DNA of 64,000 nucleotides, taken from positions 146,005-210,004 of the forward strand of contig CAUJCU010000015.1 in NCBI GenBank assembly GCA_963169745.1, written 5' to 3'. Made by a program: the position numbers and the translations under genes. Below the pieces are notes generated by a model, which had not been told where the DNA came from, ran no database searches, and saw only the letters and a program-made list of their open reading frames with translations. Each line of letters begins with the position of its first letter. Positions within the stretch are counted from its first letter, which is position 1. This stretch comes from Bacteroidota bacterium (GTDB lineage Bacteria > Bacteroidota > Bacteroidia > UBA4408). This document shows positions 59,699 through 64,000 of this stretch, one piece after another.

Positions 59699-60943
59699 TT
59701 GCTTGTAACCGAAATAGTTGTTGAGAGTGTTAAGTTTGCTTGGCATTCATTTTCAGCTAATAAGTTACGTACTTTTTTATCAATGTTGGGTATTACCATT
59801 GGTATTTTCTCAATCATTATTGTTTTTACGGTGGTTGATTCGTTAGAGGCAAACATCCGTAAATCTGTTGCCTCTTTAGGCGAAAATGTAATTTTTATTC
59901 AAAAATGGCCTTGGGAGTTCACAAATGACTTTCCTTGGTGGAAGTATATGAATCGCCCGGTTCCTATAGTTGAAGAATTACCCGTGATTACTCAAAAAAG
60001 TACCTTGGCCGCAAGCACCGCTTTTGTTGCATCCACATCAAAAACTGTAAAATATCGCAACAATAGTATGGAGCAAGTTGAAGTGAAATGTGTTTCATTC
60101 CATTTTGATGAAGTAAAATCATTTGAAATAACAGATGGACGATATTTTACCGAACAAGAAAGCCAAAGCGGAAAAAATAAAACACTAATTGGCTTTGCAA
60201 TAGCACACAACCTGTTTGGAAGTATAAGTCCTATAGGGAAACAAATACAAGTACTTGGACGAAAATATGAAGTAATTGGTGTTTTTGCAAAAGAAGGGAA
60301 TAGTGTTACCGGAAACTCTATGGACAATGTAGTGCTGATTCCAATTAACAATGCCCGCAACTTACTTGATTTACGAAGTGAAAGATTAGATCCTACAATT
60401 TACGTTAAAGCCAAAAACGGAGTTTCTATTGAGGCTCTTAAAGATGAAATAACCGGAATTATGCGAAATGTTCGTAAACTAAAGCCTAGTGCTGAGGTTG
60501 ATTTTTCACTAAATGAAATTAGCATGTTGACTAAAGGATTTGATGGTATTTTTTTAGTGATAGGAATAGCCGGTTGGATAATAGGTGGCTTTTCTATTAT
60601 TGTAGGAGGGTTTGGTATAGCCAATATTATGTTTGTTTCGGTAAAGGAGCGAACATCACAAATTGGAATTCAAAAAGCTCTTGGGGCAAGAAATATTTTT
60701 GTTCTTTCACAATTTCTTGTAGAGTCTGTTTTTCTTTGTTTACTTGGTGGCATAATAGGCTTATTACTTGTACTGGCAGTTTTATATGGTGTAAACACTT
60801 GGTTAGATTTTTCGATTACATTAACGTATTCAAACATCATTTTGGCCTTAACCATATCTGTTTTAATTGGCATTATATCAGGTTTTGTTCCGAGTTATAC
60901 AGCCTCGCAACTTGATCCTGTTGAAGCAATGCGTTCTGTTTAA
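59699..60943 (+). CDS. ABC transporter permease, FtsX/MacB-like (4 TM with large periplasmic domain)
   Basis: TM1 (LSMLGITIGIFSIIIVFTVV), ~230-aa periplasmic MacB-PCD-like region, then three C-terminal TMs of the FtsX fold. No ATPase gene adjacent. Confidence 0.8.
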   Translation: MLVTEIVVESVKFAWHSFSANKLRTFLSMLGITIGIFSIIIVFTVVDSLEANIRKSVASLGENVIFIQKWPWEFTNDFPWWKYMNRPVPIVEELPVITQKSTLAASTAFVASTSKTVKYRNNSMEQVEVKCVSFHFDEVKSFEITDGRYFTEQESQSGKNKTLIGFAIAHNLFGSISPIGKQIQVLGRKYEVIGVFAKEGNSVTGNSMDNVVLIPINNARNLLDLRSERLDPTIYVKAKNGVSIEALKDEITGIMRNVRKLKPSAEVDFSLNEISMLTKGFDGIFLVIGIAGWIIGGFSIIVGGFGIANIMFVSVKERTSQIGIQKALGARNIFVLSQFLVESVFLCLLGGIIGLLLVLAVLYGVNTWLDFSITLTYSNIILALTISVLIGIISGFVPSYTASQLDPVEAMRSV

Positions 60944-60977
60944 TTATGCTTATTCCTATCTTTTATAAGAACCCACT

Positions 60978-61550
60978 TCATGAAGAAGTTAACCAGTTTT
61001 GCAAAATTAAATCACCATAAGGTGTCATAACTGATTCCGGATGAAATTGAATGCCATAAATGGCATACTTTTTATGCTTAAAAGCCATAATACCACCCTG
61101 TTTATTTTGTGCCAAAATACGCAAACATGTCGGAAAGTTTTGTTTGCTGAGTACCCATGAATGATAATGACCGGTTAATATTGTAGGCGGTACATGGGTA
61201 AAAATTGCTTCTGAGTTTGTGATTTGCGTACTTAACTGAACTCCATGTAGGACTTTGGGTACAGGAATAAGCTGCGCCCCAAAAAAAGAGCCTAGCGCCT
61301 GATGACCAAGACATATTCCTAAAATTGGAACTTTTTGGTAATACGTTTCGATAAAGGACATTAACTGCCCGGCCTCACTGGGCAACCCGGGACCTGGTGA
61401 TAGAACAACCTTACAAAAATCAAATTCCTGAACTTGATGTAATAAATCGTTTCTTACAACACAAACTTCAATATCCGAAACTTTTTCCAAGCTGTGAAGC
61501 AGGTTGTATGTAAATGAATCGTAATTATCAATGAGCAATACCTTTTTCAC
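60978..61550 (-). CDS. glutamine amidotransferase component II of anthranilate/aminodeoxychorismate synthase (TrpG/PabA type)
   Basis: MKKVLLIDNYDSFTYNL…, catalytic Cys in GICLGHQAL, His-Glu at the C-terminus (QFHPES); 190 aa. Confidence 0.8.
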   Translation of the reverse strand: MKKVLLIDNYDSFTYNLLHSLEKVSDIEVCVVRNDLLHQVQEFDFCKVVLSPGPGLPSEAGQLMSFIETYYQKVPILGICLGHQALGSFFGAQLIPVPKVLHGVQLSTQITNSEAIFTHVPPTILTGHYHSWVLSKQNFPTCLRILAQNKQGGIMAFKHKKYAIYGIQFHPESVMTPYGDLILQNWLTSS

Positions 61551-61568
61551 AAATTAAATAGATGTTTT

Positions 61569-62285
61569 CTAATCGTCAATCCGCATATTGTGATATACGG
61601 CTTGAACATCTTCGTCTTCTTCAAACTTTTCAATTAAAGCCAAGAGCTTTTCTTTTTGCTCAGAGCTTACTTCAGCATAGCTTGTAGGAATTCGTTGAAG
61701 TTGAGAACTGATAACGTTAAGGTTTCTGTCTTCTAAGGCTTTTTGCAAGTTCCCAAATTCTGTAAATGGGGCAGTTACAACTATTTCTTCATCATCACCT
61801 TCCACTTCCTCAGCGCCATAGTCAATAAGCTCAAGCTCTAGTTCATCTTTATTAATTCCTGCCGCTGAAAGGTGAAACACTGCTTTACGTTCAAACATAA
61901 AGTCTAGTGAGCCGGTTTTTCCTAATGTACCTTCGTTACGGGTAAAATACATTCTAATATTGGCTACAGTACGTGTGGGATTATCGGTGGCACATTCACA
62001 CAATATACCCACTCCGTATGGTCCGTAGCCCTCATACACAACTTCTTCATAATCTTTTTCGTCTTTACTGCTGGCGCGTTTAATAGCCGCTTCAACACGG
62101 TCTTTTGGCATATTGGCACCTTTTGCATTTTGAATTACTACCCGTAACTTGGCATTGTTAGCCGGATCTGGTCCACCAGCTTTTACAGCAATTACTATAT
62201 CGCGTCCTATTCGGGTAAAAATACGGGCCATATTACCCCATCTTTTCAGTTTTCTAACTTTTCGAAATTCAAATGCTCTTCCCAT
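61569..62285 (-). CDS. yebC: YebC/PmpR-family DNA-binding transcriptional regulator
   Basis: N-terminus MGRAFEFRKVRKLKRWGNMARIFTRIGRDIVIAVKAGGPDPANN is the family hallmark; 238 aa. Confidence 0.9.
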   Translation of the reverse strand: MGRAFEFRKVRKLKRWGNMARIFTRIGRDIVIAVKAGGPDPANNAKLRVVIQNAKGANMPKDRVEAAIKRASSKDEKDYEEVVYEGYGPYGVGILCECATDNPTRTVANIRMYFTRNEGTLGKTGSLDFMFERKAVFHLSAAGINKDELELELIDYGAEEVEGDDEEIVVTAPFTEFGNLQKALEDRNLNVISSQLQRIPTSYAEVSSEQKEKLLALIEKFEEDEDVQAVYHNMRIDD

Positions 62286-62464
62286 ATAATTTTATATTTT
62301 TCTCTGCAAAAGTAAAAGCATTCAAAAAATATTAAAAATTATTTTATTATATTTTTAACACGATAATAAGCTTTAAAAACTATTTTACTTCTCTAAAATG
62401 AAGAGTTAAATAATTCGAATTCTCAGCCTATTTTGCTACCTTTGTATTTAAATTTAATAGAAAA

Positions 62465-63697
62465 ATGGCTATTTTAATGAATGATTATAAGAAATCCTCA
62501 CATTTTATAGAACTTGAAGATAAGTTTGGGGCACACAATTACCATCCTATTCCGGTTGTATTAGAGCGTGGGGAAGGTGTATTTTTATGGGATGTGGATG
62601 GTAACAGGTATTACGATTTTTTGTCAGCCTACTCTGCTGTAAATCAAGGGCACTGTCACCCTAAAATTATTGAAGCGCTTACTACGCAAGCGCAACAACT
62701 TACATTAACTTCCAGAGCATTTTACAACAATGTTTTAGGTGAATATGAAAAATATATTACCCAATACTTTGGTTACGATAAGGTGTTACCTATGAATACA
62801 GGTGTAGAAGGGGGTGAAACAGCAGTGAAATTAGCCCGCAAATGGGGGTACACGATTAAAAATATACCTGAAAATGAGGCTAAAATCGTTTTTGTTCAAG
62901 GAAATTTTTGGGGACGTACCATAGCGGCAATATCTTCAAGTACTGACCCCACTAGTTATAGTGGTTTTGGCCCCTTTGTGTCCGGTTATGAAATAATTCC
63001 TTATAACGATTTAGTTGCCCTTGAAAATGCCCTGAAAAACCCTCATGTATGTGCGTTTATGTTTGAACCTATACAAGGAGAGGCCGGAGTAATAGTACCG
63101 GATAATGGCTATATTGCTGCTGCCAAAGCACTTTGTGAAAAATACAATGTTTTGATGATTGCCGATGAGGTACAAACTGGGCTTGGAAGAACAGGAAAAA
63201 TGTTAGCCTGTGACCATGAAAACGTGAAGCCGGACATACTCATTTTAGGGAAAGCACTTTCGGGTGGTGTTCTCCCCATATCGGCTGTACTCTGTAATAA
63301 TGAAATTATGCTTACCATAAAACCCGGTGAGCATGGCTCAACATTTGGTGGTAACCCATTAGCTTGTTGTGTTGCCATGGCGGCTCTAAAAGTGCTTAAA
63401 GAAGAAAAATTAGCTGATAATGCCGCTCGGCTTGGTTTAATTTTACGCAGAGAATTAAGTGAGATACAAAGCGATATGATTACTGCTGTTAGAGGAAAGG
63501 GGTTGTTAAATGCCATTGTTATAAAGCCTAAAAATGGAAAAGATGCTTGGGACGTTTGCCTGGCTTTAATGAAAAATGGACTATTAGCTAAACCAACTCA
63601 TGGCGATATTATACGTTTTGCCCCTCCTTTGGTTATGAATGAAGAACAACTGATGGAATGCATTGGCATCATTAAAAGAACTCTGGCTCAGTTTTAA
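62465..63697 (+). CDS. rocD: ornithine--oxo-acid aminotransferase (class III PLP aminotransferase)
   Basis: Near-colinear with OAT (…[48 protein letters not shown]…; PLP Lys region [12 protein letters not shown]). Confidence 0.85.
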   Translation: MAILMNDYKKSSHFIELEDKFGAHNYHPIPVVLERGEGVFLWDVDGNRYYDFLSAYSAVNQGHCHPKIIEALTTQAQQLTLTSRAFYNNVLGEYEKYITQYFGYDKVLPMNTGVEGGETAVKLARKWGYTIKNIPENEAKIVFVQGNFWGRTIAAISSSTDPTSYSGFGPFVSGYEIIPYNDLVALENALKNPHVCAFMFEPIQGEAGVIVPDNGYIAAAKALCEKYNVLMIADEVQTGLGRTGKMLACDHENVKPDILILGKALSGGVLPISAVLCNNEIMLTIKPGEHGSTFGGNPLACCVAMAALKVLKEEKLADNAARLGLILRRELSEIQSDMITAVRGKGLLNAIVIKPKNGKDAWDVCLALMKNGLLAKPTHGDIIRFAPPLVMNEEQLMECIGIIKRTLAQF

Positions 63698-63843
63698 AAA
63701 ATGTTATTATTGATTTTTTTAATTAATCGAGCACAATAATTGTTCTTATTGAAACGTTATTAATAACTTAAAAAATTAAAGATCCTATCAACCTTTACAA
63801 GAAAAGGTTGGTTGAATAATTATTTTACGTCTAGTTACATAGA

Positions 63844-64000
63844 ATGATATTAAAAAATAGATTCCTTTTCATTTTCCTATCCTTGCTATTTGCCGGTAAA
63901 CTTTATGCACAGGATACTAAAAAACAAAGAAACTATATTGTTGAAGGTAGTGTTACTGTTGATGGAAAGTCTCCGGCTGTGGATGGCGTAATTTTAGTGG
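63844..64000 (+). CDS. N-terminus of a SusC/TonB-dependent receptor-like outer-membrane protein (3' end beyond window)
   Basis: Signal peptide (FLFIFLSLLFAGKLYAQ) followed by a carboxypeptidase-regulatory-like opening (YIVEGSVTVDGKSPAVDGVILV) typical of Bacteroidota TBDRs. Confidence 0.45.
   Translation, partial: MILKNRFLFIFLSLLFAGKLYAQDTKKQRNYIVEGSVTVDGKSPAVDGVILV

Overview
This 64-kb window is AT-rich (roughly 35% GC) chromosomal DNA from a Bacteroidota-type bacterium. The assignment rests on a fused SecDF, a Rho with a long N-terminal insertion, TAnnTTTG-type promoter motifs, and many SusC/TolB/OmpA/SPOR/TPR envelope proteins. Most genes are housekeeping, interleaved with envelope functions.

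The clearest individual gene calls are:
- plsY (5' partial), prmC, mltG, prfC, fabI, and an RlmI-like rRNA methyltransferase.
- A MATE efflux transporter, a PduO-type adenosyltransferase, queG and maeB.
- An RND efflux tripartite operon, rho, yggS, a bactofilin, an ECF sigma factor and secDF.
- A pabA/trpG-type amidotransferase, yebC and rocD.

The stretches worth attention are:
- A 2045-aa envelope protein at 635-6772. It has a TPR region, a TolB-like beta-propeller, a carboxypeptidase-regulatory-like domain, a ~1100-aa K/E/Q-rich coiled-coil spacer and three C-terminal SPOR domains. It has a 691-aa paralog (20454-22529) that ends in an OmpA_C domain instead.
- A seven-CXXCH multihaem c-type cytochrome fused to TPR repeats (7694-9703).
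- A full-length CphA1-type cyanophycin synthetase with no cyanophycinase in the window (11208-13859).
- One IS110-family insertion (~24650-26446). Its recombinase is broken by a single-base homopolymer frameshift. Its GC-rich 5' leader is a candidate bridge-RNA region.
- A cytoplasmic multi-PAS HisKA_2 kinase with a LytTR response regulator (29137-34187).
- An overlapping polysaccharide deacetylase / formyltransferase pair, ArnD/ArnA-FT-like (41905-43631), just upstream of the RND pump.

I could not identify any CRISPR array, rRNA or tRNA gene.
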